Assembly (NCBI GenBank): GCA_964432675.1
Contig: CAYSOG010000002.1
Coordinates: 6,975-70,974, forward strand
DNA from: an uncultured Gammaproteobacteria bacterium
Lineage (GTDB): Bacteria > Patescibacteriota > Microgenomatia > CAYSOG01
Length of the DNA stretch: 64,000 nt
Reading direction: 5' to 3'
Under the pieces are notes generated by a model that saw only the letters and a list, made by a program, of their open reading frames with translations, was not told where the DNA came from and searched no databases. A program made the position numbers and the translations under genes. This document shows, piece after piece, positions 45,279 through 54,819 of the stretch (its first letter is position 1; the number at the start of each line of letters is the position of its first letter).

Positions 45279-45806
45279 ATGGTAAGCCAAGTAAAAACGT
45301 CGATGTTTCGTAAACATGCAGAACGAATAGCAGCCGAGGTGATCGACGAACGATTGCAATTGTGCAAACCTACTTCTTACCGAGGTATTGTTGGTGCGCG
45401 GGCGATTGAAGAAGCAAAAGATGACTTAATAGAGATGGTGAAGTCTGAATTCGATAAGCTCGTACCGCATCGATCATACGTTGAAATGCTCATGAAACTT
45501 TGCATATGGATGCAAGATAACTTTAGCCAATTGACTGATACAAGGCCAGTCCTGCCAGCAGATCTTGCTACGACGACAACTAGGGTAACGGTAGCACTGG
45601 CTCAGCTGATAGTCACTGTTAAGCCGGACCAAGGAATTACCGCAGCGGAAATTTTACACTATTTCCTAATCATCCGCGACGAGGATTTAGAAGCCATGCC
45701 GCCCGAATTGCTCGTTTCCCTAGGTGAGCTACTTGCAAGTAGTGTTCGCCAGTTTGTTGAAATTATTTTTGACCTTCATGGTTTCGGCCTATCGGTTAAG
45801 AACTAA
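45279..45806 (+). CDS. hypothetical protein
   Basis: 175-aa ORF with AAAGGAG RBS. A terminator follows. Confidence 0.5.
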   Translation: MVSQVKTSMFRKHAERIAAEVIDERLQLCKPTSYRGIVGARAIEEAKDDLIEMVKSEFDKLVPHRSYVEMLMKLCIWMQDNFSQLTDTRPVLPADLATTTTRVTVALAQLIVTVKPDQGITAAEILHYFLIIRDEDLEAMPPELLVSLGELLASSVRQFVEIIFDLHGFGLSVKN

Positions 45807-45811
45807 ACTTT

Positions 45812-45850
45812 ACGCCACGTTCATGTAAACTGAGCGTGGCGTTTTTTATT
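45812..45850 (+). terminator. Rho-independent terminator
   Basis: CGCCACG ... CGTGGCG stem followed by TTTTTTATTT. Confidence 0.6.
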
Positions 45851-45941
45851 TAGTATTCTTTGAGAATCTTCATACGCTTTAAGGCGTTGACGAATAGAAC
45901 TAGTTTCAGGTAAAATTAGACAGTCAGAATACAAAAAACCT

Positions 45942-46466
45942 ATGGTTACAATCCGTCTCACAAGAACTGGTGCTAAAAAACAGCCGAGCTATCGGATTAT
46001 TGTCACGCCGAAACGTTATAAGCGCGATGGCAAATATATTGCCAAACTCGGCTATTATAATCCGCTTACACAGCCAGCCACTGTGGTTGTTGACCGTGAA
46101 CAATTCGATTATTGGATGAAAAATGGCGCCCAACCGACCGACGTTATTAAGCGCATTGTGCTGGGTATTAAAGGCACAAAAAAGCGCGCACCAAAAGTAA
46201 AAGCAGAAACCACTGAAGCGCCAAAGGCTCAAGCCGCTGCAACTGAACCCGCAGCTGCACCACAAGCCGCTGCTCCGACAGCTGAGCCAGAACAATCGGC
46301 CCAAGAGCCCACAGAACAAGTAGCTACCCAAACCGAACCTGCCACAGATGAAGCTCCACCCCAACAAGCAGAAGGGCCAACAGACGAAGAAGAAAGTGGG
46401 AAAGAGCAAGCAAACACGGAAAATGAACCTGAAGGGAAAGAAGCCAAAGAAGAACAAAGTTCTTAA
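45942..46466 (+). CDS. rpsP: 30S ribosomal protein S16 with a roughly 90-aa low-complexity (A/E/P/Q/T) C-terminal extension
   Basis: MVTIRLTRTGAKKQPSYRIIVTPKRYKRDGKYIAKLGYYNPL matches bS16. The tail is A/E/P-rich. Confidence 0.85.
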   Translation: MVTIRLTRTGAKKQPSYRIIVTPKRYKRDGKYIAKLGYYNPLTQPATVVVDREQFDYWMKNGAQPTDVIKRIVLGIKGTKKRAPKVKAETTEAPKAQAAATEPAAAPQAAAPTAEPEQSAQEPTEQVATQTEPATDEAPPQQAEGPTDEEESGKEQANTENEPEGKEAKEEQSS

Positions 46467-46501
46467 CTAGTTGTTATCGAATACCTAATACCTTTCTATC
46501 T

Positions 46502-46735
46502 ATGGATGACCTCTTAAAATTAATCGTTACGGCAATCGTCAGTCAACCTAAGAAATTATCTATTGCAAAAGACCAAACTGATAGTGCTGTTACGTTTACC
46601 GTTAAAGCCTCACAAGAAGATATTGGCAAAATCATTGGTAAGAGCGGTAAAACGATTAAGGCAATCCGCGCCATTCTTAAAATCGTTGCCGAGCAACAAC
46701 ACCAGTGGGTCAATATAGAAGTAGAAGAGGCATAA
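46502..46735 (+). CDS. KH-domain RNA-binding protein (YlqC/UPF0109 family)
   Basis: GKIIGKSGKTIKAIRAIL KH motif. It sits in the usual position after rpsP. Confidence 0.75.
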   Translation: MDDLLKLIVTAIVSQPKKLSIAKDQTDSAVTFTVKASQEDIGKIIGKSGKTIKAIRAILKIVAEQQHQWVNIEVEEA

Positions 46736-46766
46736 AGACCAGTTTTGCTTAACTCTTTCCGCTTTT

Positions 46767-47426
46767 ATGATAATTGACATCCTCACTCTTTTTCCTGAAA
46801 TGTTCCACGGGCCGTTTGATGAAAGTATTATCAAGCGGGCAAAACAAAAGGGCTTAGTAACAATCAATCTCCATAATATCCGCGATCATGCAACTGACAA
46901 GCATAAAACAGTTGATGACACCCCGTTTGGTGGAGGGGCAGGTATGCTTATGAAGGTTGATGTTTTGGTTTCGGCTTTAGAAAGTGTTACCAAAAGTACA
47001 TTACCAAGCAAGCAACCTGGAAGTAAAATTGTCCTGCTTTCTGCGAAAGGGCAAACGTTTAACCAAGCAAAAGCTAGAGAATTCGCAAGTCTGGACCATC
47101 TCGTTCTGGTAGCAGGCCATTATGAAGGCGTTGACGAACGCCTGGTAGCATTTATTGACGAAGAAATTTCAATCGGCGATTATATCCTAACCGGCGGTGA
47201 ACTCGGCGCTATGGTCATAACAGACGCAATCACAAGGCTTATTCCGGGTGCTATCTCCGAAGCTTCTATTACCGAAGAATCATTTGCCACACCAGGCATT
47301 TTGGAATATCCACAATATACCAAACCCGCCGAATTTCGAGGCCAACGAGTGCCAGATGTCTTACTTTCCGGCAACCACCAAGCCATCCAAAAATGGCGAA
47401 AGGATATGTCCAAGAAAAAGGGCTAA
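46767..47426 (+). CDS. trmD: tRNA (guanine37-N1)-methyltransferase TrmD
   Basis: MIIDILTLFPEMF..., TPFGGGAGMLMK, GHYEGVDERL, GDYILTGGELGAMVI. Confidence 0.9.
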   Translation: MIIDILTLFPEMFHGPFDESIIKRAKQKGLVTINLHNIRDHATDKHKTVDDTPFGGGAGMLMKVDVLVSALESVTKSTLPSKQPGSKIVLLSAKGQTFNQAKAREFASLDHLVLVAGHYEGVDERLVAFIDEEISIGDYILTGGELGAMVITDAITRLIPGAISEASITEESFATPGILEYPQYTKPAEFRGQRVPDVLLSGNHQAIQKWRKDMSKKKG

Positions 47427-47456
47427 TCAGTATAGTTTGTCGATATGACCTAAGCC

Positions 47457-48275
47457 TTATCGACCCGGTACAGGAGAAGTACCCGGTAGGGTAGAAGGCA
47501 ACACAATTTTAGGACTACCTGTTGGTAAAGGCGATGTCGTCGTGGATGGAGAGGCAGATTGTGTTGCGACAACAAGGCTACCACCATTTTCTATATCAGT
47601 ATACACCGGCATTTGTGAAAGCTTTGTAATAAGCTCGTTACTGCTTTGTGAAATTTGGGGTAGGGGATTAGCATAGCTTGTTCCTAAATCCTTAGCGCTA
47701 GGTAGTTGCATGGTATAAACAGCCAGTGTAACTGCCGAGCTCAATGAATTGCCAGACAAGCCAGTGCTGCTGTTTATCTTAACTACCCCCATAACCCGTC
47801 GGATTTGTGATAGTTTTGCCAGAAAAGCCTGTAAATTCTTAATGTCACCACCAAGGGTTAACTGCACATCAATTTCCGATTGTTGCGCCGAATCTGAAGC
47901 CAGTTTACCTGGTTTTAACTGCATACCGACAACTTGTAAATTATTTTCCTGGCTTAGCCGAAGTAAACCGGCAATTAAGCCTGGCACGTTTTTATCTTCT
48001 GGTAAAGCCCGACGGGTTTCCGTTAAGTCGTTTGTAAGTTTATCATCGTTTAAGTTTGCAAGGGTATCGCGTTTTAGTTTGAGGCTTTCAAGTTCTTTTG
48101 ACTCTTGTACAATAGCCGCCCGGTTTGCCTGCAGCTGGCTGACAACCGCTCTCACCGGGAACAATGTTGCAACAACAATGATAAGTGCCGTAATAATAGG
48201 CAGTAAAATTGCCTGCGATATCGTTCTGCCAGCAACATGGATTTGGGACTGCGAAAATAACGATTGAAATTTCAT
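47457..48275 (-). CDS. pilO: type IV pilus assembly protein PilO-like
   Basis: TM, a coiled coil and a PilO-like periplasmic domain (LLRLSQENNLQVVGMQLKPG), then a Ser/Thr/Pro tail. It is the last gene of the pilM-pilN-pilO block. Confidence 0.65.
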   Translation of the reverse strand: MKFQSLFSQSQIHVAGRTISQAILLPIITALIIVVATLFPVRAVVSQLQANRAAIVQESKELESLKLKRDTLANLNDDKLTNDLTETRRALPEDKNVPGLIAGLLRLSQENNLQVVGMQLKPGKLASDSAQQSEIDVQLTLGGDIKNLQAFLAKLSQIRRVMGVVKINSSTGLSGNSLSSAVTLAVYTMQLPSAKDLGTSYANPLPQISQSSNELITKLSQMPVYTDIENGGSLVVATQSASPSTTTSPLPTGSPKIVLPSTLPGTSPVPGR

Positions 48276-48293
48276 ATATTATCTCTACGTTTC

Positions 48294-48842
48294 TTACTTA
48301 CTGTTATACGTAAAATGCATGGTGAAAGCGTAACTACCACCGTCGTTTCGGTTTAATGATTGCAAGAGAATACCACTAAATACCTGACGGCCAAATTCTT
48401 TGGCAGTTATGTCAGACAAAAATCGATCAAGGGCTGCAATATTAGCAGCTGTACCAGAAATCAGAACATTATTTTGCCCGGAAAGGCCTAGTTCGGTGTA
48501 GGTGACATCGCTGCTTTGCAGGTCAATAAGCCGGCTTACAATTTGGTCATATGGCGGTTTTGCCAATTCAATATTCTGCAACGCGCCAACTTTGCTTGCA
48601 ATTGCCCTAAGATAATATTCACGCTTTGATAGTTGGTCAATATCGTTTTCAACTGGCGTTTTCTCAACACGGATATCATGCAGGGACTTTGCACTTAAGG
48701 TAAACATGACAAAAATAATCAGCAAAATCGCCAGAAAAATTGCTAAAACGAACCCGCTTATAAGGGAAATGGTACGATAACGGGACCTGCCCCCTCCGGC
48801 AACCTCAGCCTCTGGTATTAAGTTAACTTCTTGTAAGGCCAT
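48294..48842 (-). CDS. pilN: type IV pilus assembly protein PilN-like
   Basis: A short cytoplasmic N-terminus, a single TM, then a periplasmic domain. It sits directly downstream of pilM. Confidence 0.65.
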   Translation of the reverse strand: MALQEVNLIPEAEVAGGGRSRYRTISLISGFVLAIFLAILLIIFVMFTLSAKSLHDIRVEKTPVENDIDQLSKREYYLRAIASKVGALQNIELAKPPYDQIVSRLIDLQSSDVTYTELGLSGQNNVLISGTAANIAALDRFLSDITAKEFGRQVFSGILLQSLNRNDGGSYAFTMHFTYNSK

Positions 48843-48932
48843 AAAACAGTTTCCTAACAGATTATTACGCTAACAAATACAAACGATTATTCATCTAGCA
48901 AAAAGTTCATCAAACTTACCTGTCACTTTTAA

Positions 48933-49985
48933 TTAGACTTCTTTCAACGCCAAGCCTGCGGCAACTGCAAAATCGGGTGCAAATTGGTTTAACTTTTGGG
49001 CGAGCTCAGGGTCTGAACCAATAAATACCCAAGGATCACCAATTTGGACTTCAACTCCTAGGCTTTGGGCCAAATAAACAATTAAGCCCGGAAGCTTTGC
49101 TGACCCGCCGCAGAGCATAACTCGTTTTATTGTGTCGGATGGGTTCTTTCGCTGGTAAAACGTTAATGCGCGGTTAATTTCCGAAACAACAACATCAAAT
49201 ATAGGCCGAATTGCAGCCAATATTTTGCCCCCTAATTCGCTTTCTAACAGTCCATAGGTTTTCTTATACTCTTCAGCTTGGTTTAGGTCGAAATTAAGTT
49301 CAGCTGCCAATGCCCGAGACAACGCCTGGCCTCCAGTGGGGATAGATCTGGTGAACGCGATAATGCCCCCTGTTAGAATTGCTAAATCAGTTGTTGAGGC
49401 GCCAATTGAAATAATTAATGTTGTCGGCGCTGCAGCGCTTGACCCAACAATCGACCGGGATACAGCTAATATCTCCGTTTCCATACCAACAGGCTTTAAG
49501 CCTGCCATTTTGGTAATTTTGAGGTATTTTTCAATGAGGTCTTTTGGCACGGCAATTAACAAAATTTCCATTTTACCGCTGTTTAGGGTCGAGCCTTCAC
49601 GCAGCACTTGGTAAACCAGGGAAACTTCATTAATGGGAATAGGGACGTATTCTTCCGCGAGGTAGCGGATTGACTGGCTTAAATCTTTCTTTTCAATCTT
49701 TGGCGCTTCAACAAGGCGCGTAAAGATAAGCGATTCAGGAAAAGCAGTTACAACGTTTGTTGTGGTAACTTTACTTTCTTTTACTAAGCGCTTAACCGCA
49801 TCAGCTAATACTTGCAGGTCAACCGAGGAATCGGAAATGACACCACCTTTTGGCGTTGGCTCGATCCCAAAGGTTACAAGTTCATACGGTTTTTTTGATT
49901 TGTTCACTTCAACTAACCGAAGTGAGTGGGTTCCGATATCTAAGCCAAAGGTTTGGGCAGCCATAATAGTAAAACTAAAAAGCAA
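48933..49985 (-). CDS. pilM: type IV pilus assembly ATPase-like protein PilM (actin-like fold)
   Basis: FGLDIGTHSLRLVEV... matches the FtsA/PilM fold. Confidence 0.8.
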   Translation of the reverse strand: MLFSFTIMAAQTFGLDIGTHSLRLVEVNKSKKPYELVTFGIEPTPKGGVISDSSVDLQVLADAVKRLVKESKVTTTNVVTAFPESLIFTRLVEAPKIEKKDLSQSIRYLAEEYVPIPINEVSLVYQVLREGSTLNSGKMEILLIAVPKDLIEKYLKITKMAGLKPVGMETEILAVSRSIVGSSAAAPTTLIISIGASTTDLAILTGGIIAFTRSIPTGGQALSRALAAELNFDLNQAEEYKKTYGLLESELGGKILAAIRPIFDVVVSEINRALTFYQRKNPSDTIKRVMLCGGSAKLPGLIVYLAQSLGVEVQIGDPWVFIGSDPELAQKLNQFAPDFAVAAGLALKEV

Positions 49986-50078
49986 CGATTAAAATGAAAA
50001 GATGAGACATAATTATGAGTAAAGTTCTGTGTTTTACATTATCAAATTCGCTTATTCCATTTACATTTTGCTATCTAC

Positions 50079-50972
50079 TCAATTCTTCGTAAGTGGTGTT
50101 GTCGCACTACCGTTAAAAAGTACGTAGTCGAATATCGACGGTAAGCCACCAATTGACCGTTCGACCTGGACAACCCGCTTGGTGTCTCCAGAAACCCCTT
50201 CTGAACGAATTGTATACGACTGGACTGGAATTTGCTGGCCGTTTGGCGTCACCATTCGTATTGTCGCGCTATTATACAGCGGTCGGATGCGAATAAGCTT
50301 GCCGCTAGCAGGCAGCGAAATTGTCTGCTTGCTGACAAATTGGTTGAGGCTGTTATCTGTCCCTGCTGTTATAAAACCATTTGAAGCCGCTAAACTCGGA
50401 CAACTGTTTGCATTATAATTCCCGCCGGCTGGTGAGGACCGCGAAACGCCATAATTCGTACCATCGAAGGTAACAATCGATATTTCAAGAGAGGCCGGCA
50501 TCGCCGCAGGCGGCGTACAAGAAGAACCGGCTGGGTTTTCTTGCGTATTGTTCTTTAAGCTCCAGTACACATCTAACGACGTTGCAACCGTACACCCACT
50601 GCAGTGTGATTGGTCGATATCAAGCTGGATCACATCATCTTGGGCAACTGGCTTTGCAGGTTGGTAAATGCCAGTCGTTGAACCCGACTTTGATATAGTA
50701 ATATTCGACTGCGCGCCACCGACAGAAATAGCATTTAAGGAAACACTATTTTGGCCAGAGGGAATTAATGAGGGAATGTCTTGACGCAACGTGCTCTCTA
50801 TACCAGCTTCAGCCGCTTCAAAAGCCCGGCTCGAACGCTCTGTTGTTGACGATTCCTTTACATTTGTTACCGTTCGTGCAATAACCGAAAGGCCTACGGT
50901 AAGTGTTACGACTAAAATTAGCAATAATACGACGAGTGCCTGCCCTTTTTGCAGGTTCTGGTGAGTTAGCAT
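50079..50972 (-). CDS. PilX-like minor pilin / pilus assembly protein
   Basis: PilX_N-like N-terminus QKGQALVVLLLILVVTLTVGLSVIA. The start is set at the internal Met; the track ORF extends to 51032. Confidence 0.5.
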   Translation of the reverse strand: MLTHQNLQKGQALVVLLLILVVTLTVGLSVIARTVTNVKESSTTERSSRAFEAAEAGIESTLRQDIPSLIPSGQNSVSLNAISVGGAQSNITISKSGSTTGIYQPAKPVAQDDVIQLDIDQSHCSGCTVATSLDVYWSLKNNTQENPAGSSCTPPAAMPASLEISIVTFDGTNYGVSRSSPAGGNYNANSCPSLAASNGFITAGTDNSLNQFVSKQTISLPASGKLIRIRPLYNSATIRMVTPNGQQIPVQSYTIRSEGVSGDTKRVVQVERSIGGLPSIFDYVLFNGSATTPLTKN

Positions 50973-51110
50973 CCGCAATGTTGCAATACGTGTAAATATC
51001 GACTTGGGCATAAGAATAAGCCACACAACCATTTCTTAATGTGTGTACATAAAGCTTAGCAAACGCGAAACCGCAAAGTCAACCGGGAAGGATTGCTCAA
51101 AAAGGCTGAT

Positions 51111-51731
51111 TTAATAGGAACGCAGGGAAAAACTTGATAAAAAGGGTAACGATCCGGTATTTTCTTGCCGAGTACTTGCGGCAGTCTGGCTTTTGCTCTG
51201 CTGCAGTGTAAACGACACAATGACAACCGTGGTATTTGTTCCAGCGTTTTGGACGACCTGGAAATATGGTGCTGGCGACACCGCAAGGTCAATTGCGTTT
51301 AAGGCCGCGTTATTGTTAGTTATAGATGTTGCAGTAGCAGGATTGAAGGTAGGGGATTGCAACGCTGCCAATGACTGGTTTGAGTCAACACCAATAAAAC
51401 CATTGGCAGTGTTTGAGGTAACCAATGATATACGCGTATAAAGTGGCTGCGATGTATCAAGCACCTTATTTTGGACTATGATATGGTCAAGGTTTGTACC
51501 AGCGGCTGGAGGATCAACGATAGCCGAAGCATTGCTAACGGTTCGTGATATCCGTTCAAGAGCGGTGTTGCCATTCTCTTGTAGTTGGGTCGAAATAGTG
51601 GCTTTATTAGCGCTCCGTAACACACTAATAAAGACGTTCGTTCCAATAACAACCATAATGCCAGTAATGGCAATCACGACGAGCAGCTCAATTAAAGTGA
51701 ACCCATTTAGTGACCTTTGCCATTTGATCAT
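51111..51731 (-). CDS. type IV pilin-like protein (prepilin N-terminus)
   Basis: MIKWQRSLNG/FTLIELLVVIAITGIMVV. Start set at the Met so the gene abuts the upstream pilin. Confidence 0.7.
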   Translation of the reverse strand: MIKWQRSLNGFTLIELLVVIAITGIMVVIGTNVFISVLRSANKATISTQLQENGNTALERISRTVSNASAIVDPPAAGTNLDHIIVQNKVLDTSQPLYTRISLVTSNTANGFIGVDSNQSLAALQSPTFNPATATSITNNNAALNAIDLAVSPAPYFQVVQNAGTNTTVVIVSFTLQQSKSQTAASTRQENTGSLPFLSSFSLRSY

Positions 51732-51732
51732 A

Positions 51733-52326
51733 TTAGTTTGTCGCCTCAAAATTACTGTAATAGCTTGTGAGCGTTGAACTATGACTGCCGCTCGCGTCCT
51801 GCCAAAAAACATAAACCACAACGGTGGCACATTTTGAGCCGGCAGACGCACCGGCAGCGCTAGGACAAGTTGAAGTTGCCGAATTATCAATCATTATTTT
51901 TCGAATAAATCCATTAGCCAAATTTTCGTTTGGGTCAACTTGGGTTGTAATATTAGTACAAGGTGCAGTATCACCAGAAGCGTTCGGCAGAAGCCAGTCA
52001 GCAGTTGGATTACTCGTAAATAATGACTGATTAATATAGTAACAGGTGCCACCACTTGTTCCTTTGCTGCTAAAAAAGGTAGAAGGGTTAATGTCGCGGT
52101 AGGCCCTCACTGATTCCATCGCTTGCCTGGCATACGCATTGGCAATTGTTTGGTTCTTCGAAAATGTTGCGTTCCGAACGGAATTAATGGATGCCACCGA
52201 TAGTGCTGTTAAAACTATCATCGCAATTGTTAACGCCGCCAACACTTCCAAAAGCCCTTGACCTTTTTGCGACTTAATTATGGAACAGGTATTAGTTTGC
52301 AATTTTTTTAGTAATAGTTTATGCAT
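51733..52326 (-). CDS. type IV minor pilin-like protein
   Basis: KG/QGLLEVLAALTIAMIVL has a Gly cleavage site and Glu at +5. Confidence 0.6.
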   Translation of the reverse strand: MHKLLLKKLQTNTCSIIKSQKGQGLLEVLAALTIAMIVLTALSVASINSVRNATFSKNQTIANAYARQAMESVRAYRDINPSTFFSSKGTSGGTCYYINQSLFTSNPTADWLLPNASGDTAPCTNITTQVDPNENLANGFIRKIMIDNSATSTCPSAAGASAGSKCATVVVYVFWQDASGSHSSTLTSYYSNFEATN

Positions 52327-52347
52327 AATCGTATAATCTTGTATCCA

Positions 52348-53058
52348 CTACTGGTTCGTTAAGACGGCACCGTTCGTTTGGACCGTAATTGAGTACGCAG
52401 GCGTACTACCTTGGGTTGCTGTGACGGTAAGCGATTGTGTAATGGCAATCTTATTTGCACTGGTAAATTGGCGGTTATTATAAAACTCAGCAGTCTGGGT
52501 AACTGGCTTAAATAAAATATAGATTGGTGAAGCATATGCGCCGCCATCTACCGCCAGTGCCAATACAAGAGTAGTTGACGGAAACTGTAACGTCTTACCA
52601 TTACCAACATCAGAAGCGGCACCGACAACAGCGCCACAGCTGCCGCTTAATTGGACAACAGGAGCTGCCCCTGGGGTTATTTTCACATACCAGCCATCAA
52701 AGGCATATTGCGATGGTGAACCAACGGGCGGCGAGGGGTTTTGCGGACATGCCTGTGCGCCATTTCCTGAAATTGCACTATTTTGAGCAACGTGTAATGA
52801 CTGGGCTAAAAGTGTTCCGGATTGCACAAGCTGCTGACTGCGGTTGTAGTTATTGTAGGCTGGAATAGAAAAACCAAGCAGTAAAGAAATAATGGTTATG
52901 ACGACTAATAGTTCAATCAGCGTAAAGCCCAGAGTAGGGGAAAGTAGAAAGCCCTTCGACTCAAGCGCCGGACGAGCACGGGAAGCGGGAAGAACGGAAA
53001 ATACCTTCTCTTTGTGTCCTATGTTTTGTGATTTGCGATTTGTAATTTGCGTTCTCAT
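52348..53058 (-). CDS. type IV pilin-like protein
   Basis: LG/FTLIELLVVITIISLLLG. The leader is unusually long, so the true start is probably an unannotated internal GTG or TTG. Confidence 0.65.
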   Translation of the reverse strand: MRTQITNRKSQNIGHKEKVFSVLPASRARPALESKGFLLSPTLGFTLIELLVVITIISLLLGFSIPAYNNYNRSQQLVQSGTLLAQSLHVAQNSAISGNGAQACPQNPSPPVGSPSQYAFDGWYVKITPGAAPVVQLSGSCGAVVGAASDVGNGKTLQFPSTTLVLALAVDGGAYASPIYILFKPVTQTAEFYNNRQFTSANKIAITQSLTVTATQGSTPAYSITVQTNGAVLTNQ

Positions 53059-53100
53059 TACGTTTTTATAGTAGCCTTCTTAATGAAGTGAAGTCAATTT

Positions 53101-53628
53101 TTAGCAGCCATTGGGCATACTTATTTTCGTCAGTCCTGTCCCTATTTCATAATGGCATGCGTCGTTGCCGCCATCGTTCGCGTTTTGCATTTGGCTTAGC
53201 GAATATTCCATAACGGCATCAAGTTTATACAAATTACCACTCCGATAGTACCGGTATACATACTTACCTGCGTTTAATGGATCAACTGGCAATTTTTCGA
53301 TGTATTTTGATAAGTCAACAGGAATCCAACCAGTACCATTTACTTTTGCTAAAGTTGTTGAGGACGAGGCTTGTGTGCTCGTCCGCAAGCGCATATCAGC
53401 ATCCGGTGGTATGCTATTATCTGCAATATAGCGCTCGAGGGCTGCACTTAAGACTGTTATGTCGGCTATGCGACGTTCGTCCCGGCTTTGCTTATTTAGC
53501 CGATCAGGCCGTATATAGATAAGTACGCCAGTGCTAAGAATCGCAACTAACAGAATAATTGTTAGCAGTTCAATCATCGAAAAGCCTGATATTTTGTATT
53601 GGTGATGGTAGAAGGCAGCTTTAACCAT
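53101..53628 (-). CDS. type IV pilin-like protein
   Basis: G/FSMIELLTIILLVAIL prepilin motif. Confidence 0.65.
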   Translation of the reverse strand: MVKAAFYHHQYKISGFSMIELLTIILLVAILSTGVLIYIRPDRLNKQSRDERRIADITVLSAALERYIADNSIPPDADMRLRTSTQASSSTTLAKVNGTGWIPVDLSKYIEKLPVDPLNAGKYVYRYYRSGNLYKLDAVMEYSLSQMQNANDGGNDACHYEIGTGLTKISMPNGC

Positions 53629-53691
53629 TGATGTAAAACTTTATATTTATGTGGACTTGTATTAAGGCAATATAAATCACAAACTTCGCAC

Positions 53692-54168
53692 TTAGGGTGC
53701 ATGGAGTGCGTAATTATATTGCGTATTGCTTGTGCATGTCGATGATCCGGCTGCAGGGTCAGATGTATTTTCTAACCGAGCACAAAGTTCATAATTAGCA
53801 CAAACCAGTGGCGAGCCACTGCACGATATAGCAGTATAAATGTATGGGTAGGTATTGGCAGGATCTTGTGGTGCCGTCTTTATGAAATTCTGTGACATTT
53901 GTAATTGGCTAACCATATTAGTCCAATTTGAAGCTGTAGGGTAAGAGTGGGGACTTTGGACGTAGTAATACTGTTCAAGTGCAGCCTGGATATTTTTGAG
54001 ATCGAACTTGCGCTGGCTATCGCGGGAACCTCTTTGTGCAGCTGTAAACGAGCCAAAAAGTATCGCGGCTAAGATAGCAATTATGGTAAATACCACTAAC
54101 AACTCAATAAGGGTGAACCCAGTTTTTTTCATACTATAGTATCTTTTGGCATTACAAGCCAAATTCAC
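53692..54168 (-). CDS. type IV pilin-like protein
   Basis: MKKTG/FTLIELLVVFTIIAILAAIL. The ATG at 54168 overlaps the upstream gene's stop (ATGA coupling). An alternative start is MKKTG at 54132. Confidence 0.7.
   Translation of the reverse strand: MNLACNAKRYYSMKKTGFTLIELLVVFTIIAILAAILFGSFTAAQRGSRDSQRKFDLKNIQAALEQYYYVQSPHSYPTASNWTNMVSQLQMSQNFIKTAPQDPANTYPYIYTAISCSGSPLVCANYELCARLENTSDPAAGSSTCTSNTQYNYALHAP
53971..54026. repeat. 56-nt near-identical direct repeat, copy 1, inside pilin gene 53692..54168
   Basis: CTGTTCAAGTGCAGCCTGGATATTTTTGAGATCGAACTTGCGCTGGCTATCGCGGG matches 54552-54607 at 55 of 56 positions. Confidence 0.8.
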
Positions 54169-54812
54169 GGACTGGTCAAGACATACGAACCTGGATATCC
54201 TGCACCAGGCCAGGTGCAGCCACCAATCGTGACTGAGTTTTTCCCACTTGCATCTGTTGCGGCAGGGTCTGACGCATTCTCAAGATGGGCGACAAGCAAA
54301 TACGACTGTCCGGCCTGTACGGTACAATACGCACCGCTAAAATACCCGTAAATAAAACCACCGGTCCAAGGCGGAGCACCCGTATTCGTATAGAGGGGAT
54401 CATTCGGCATTTTTTGGATATACTTTGGTACTAACTCGGTAATCCAATTATTTTGCGGGTACGGACAACCATTACTAAAATCCCACCCACCACAAGTGGT
54501 TACACCCGGTGGAGCATAGGTAATAGGGTAGTTACCGGTATCTGCTTTATACTGTTCAAGAGCAGCCTGGATATTTTTGAGATCGAACTTGCGCTGGCTA
54601 TCGCGGGCCTGCCGCTGCGAGGCTGTAAATGTCCCAAAAAATATTGTTGCCAAAATGCCAATAATCGTGATAACCACCAGAAGCTCGATTAAGGTAAACC
54701 CTAAAGAGGGAAAAGGCGTGAAGGACTGAAAACCTCTATTTCCTATCATATGCTTACTGGATATGGACCTAGCATAATCTGGATTTTTGATTGTTGATTT
54801 TTGATTTGTCAT
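54165..54812 (-). CDS. type IV pilin-like protein, paralog of 53692..54168
   Basis: LG/FTLIELLVVITIIGILATIF. It shares SQRKFDLKNIQAALEQY with the next pilin, and the underlying DNA is nearly identical. Confidence 0.7.
   Translation of the reverse strand: MTNQKSTIKNPDYARSISSKHMIGNRGFQSFTPFPSLGFTLIELLVVITIIGILATIFFGTFTASQRQARDSQRKFDLKNIQAALEQYKADTGNYPITYAPPGVTTCGGWDFSNGCPYPQNNWITELVPKYIQKMPNDPLYTNTGAPPWTGGFIYGYFSGAYCTVQAGQSYLLVAHLENASDPAATDASGKNSVTIGGCTWPGAGYPGSYVLTSP
54552..54607. repeat. 56-nt near-identical direct repeat, copy 2, inside pilin gene 54165..54812
   Basis: See copy 1. The flanking sequence of the two pilin genes is much more divergent. Confidence 0.8.
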
Positions 54813-54819
54813 GCTATTT

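Noticed and set aside
45924-46457. 177-aa minus-strand ORF
   Set aside because: It is antisense to rpsP and its low-complexity tail. Its Cys/Phe/Leu-rich composition is a repeat-shadow frame.
47749-48267. 172-aa plus-strand ORF
   Set aside because: It is antisense within pilO.
53971-54607. Possible CRISPR-like repeat (two 56-nt near-identical tracts 580 nt apart)
   Set aside because: There are only two copies. They lie in frame inside adjacent paralogous pilin genes and encode the same peptide. There are no spacer-repeat periodicity and no cas genes.
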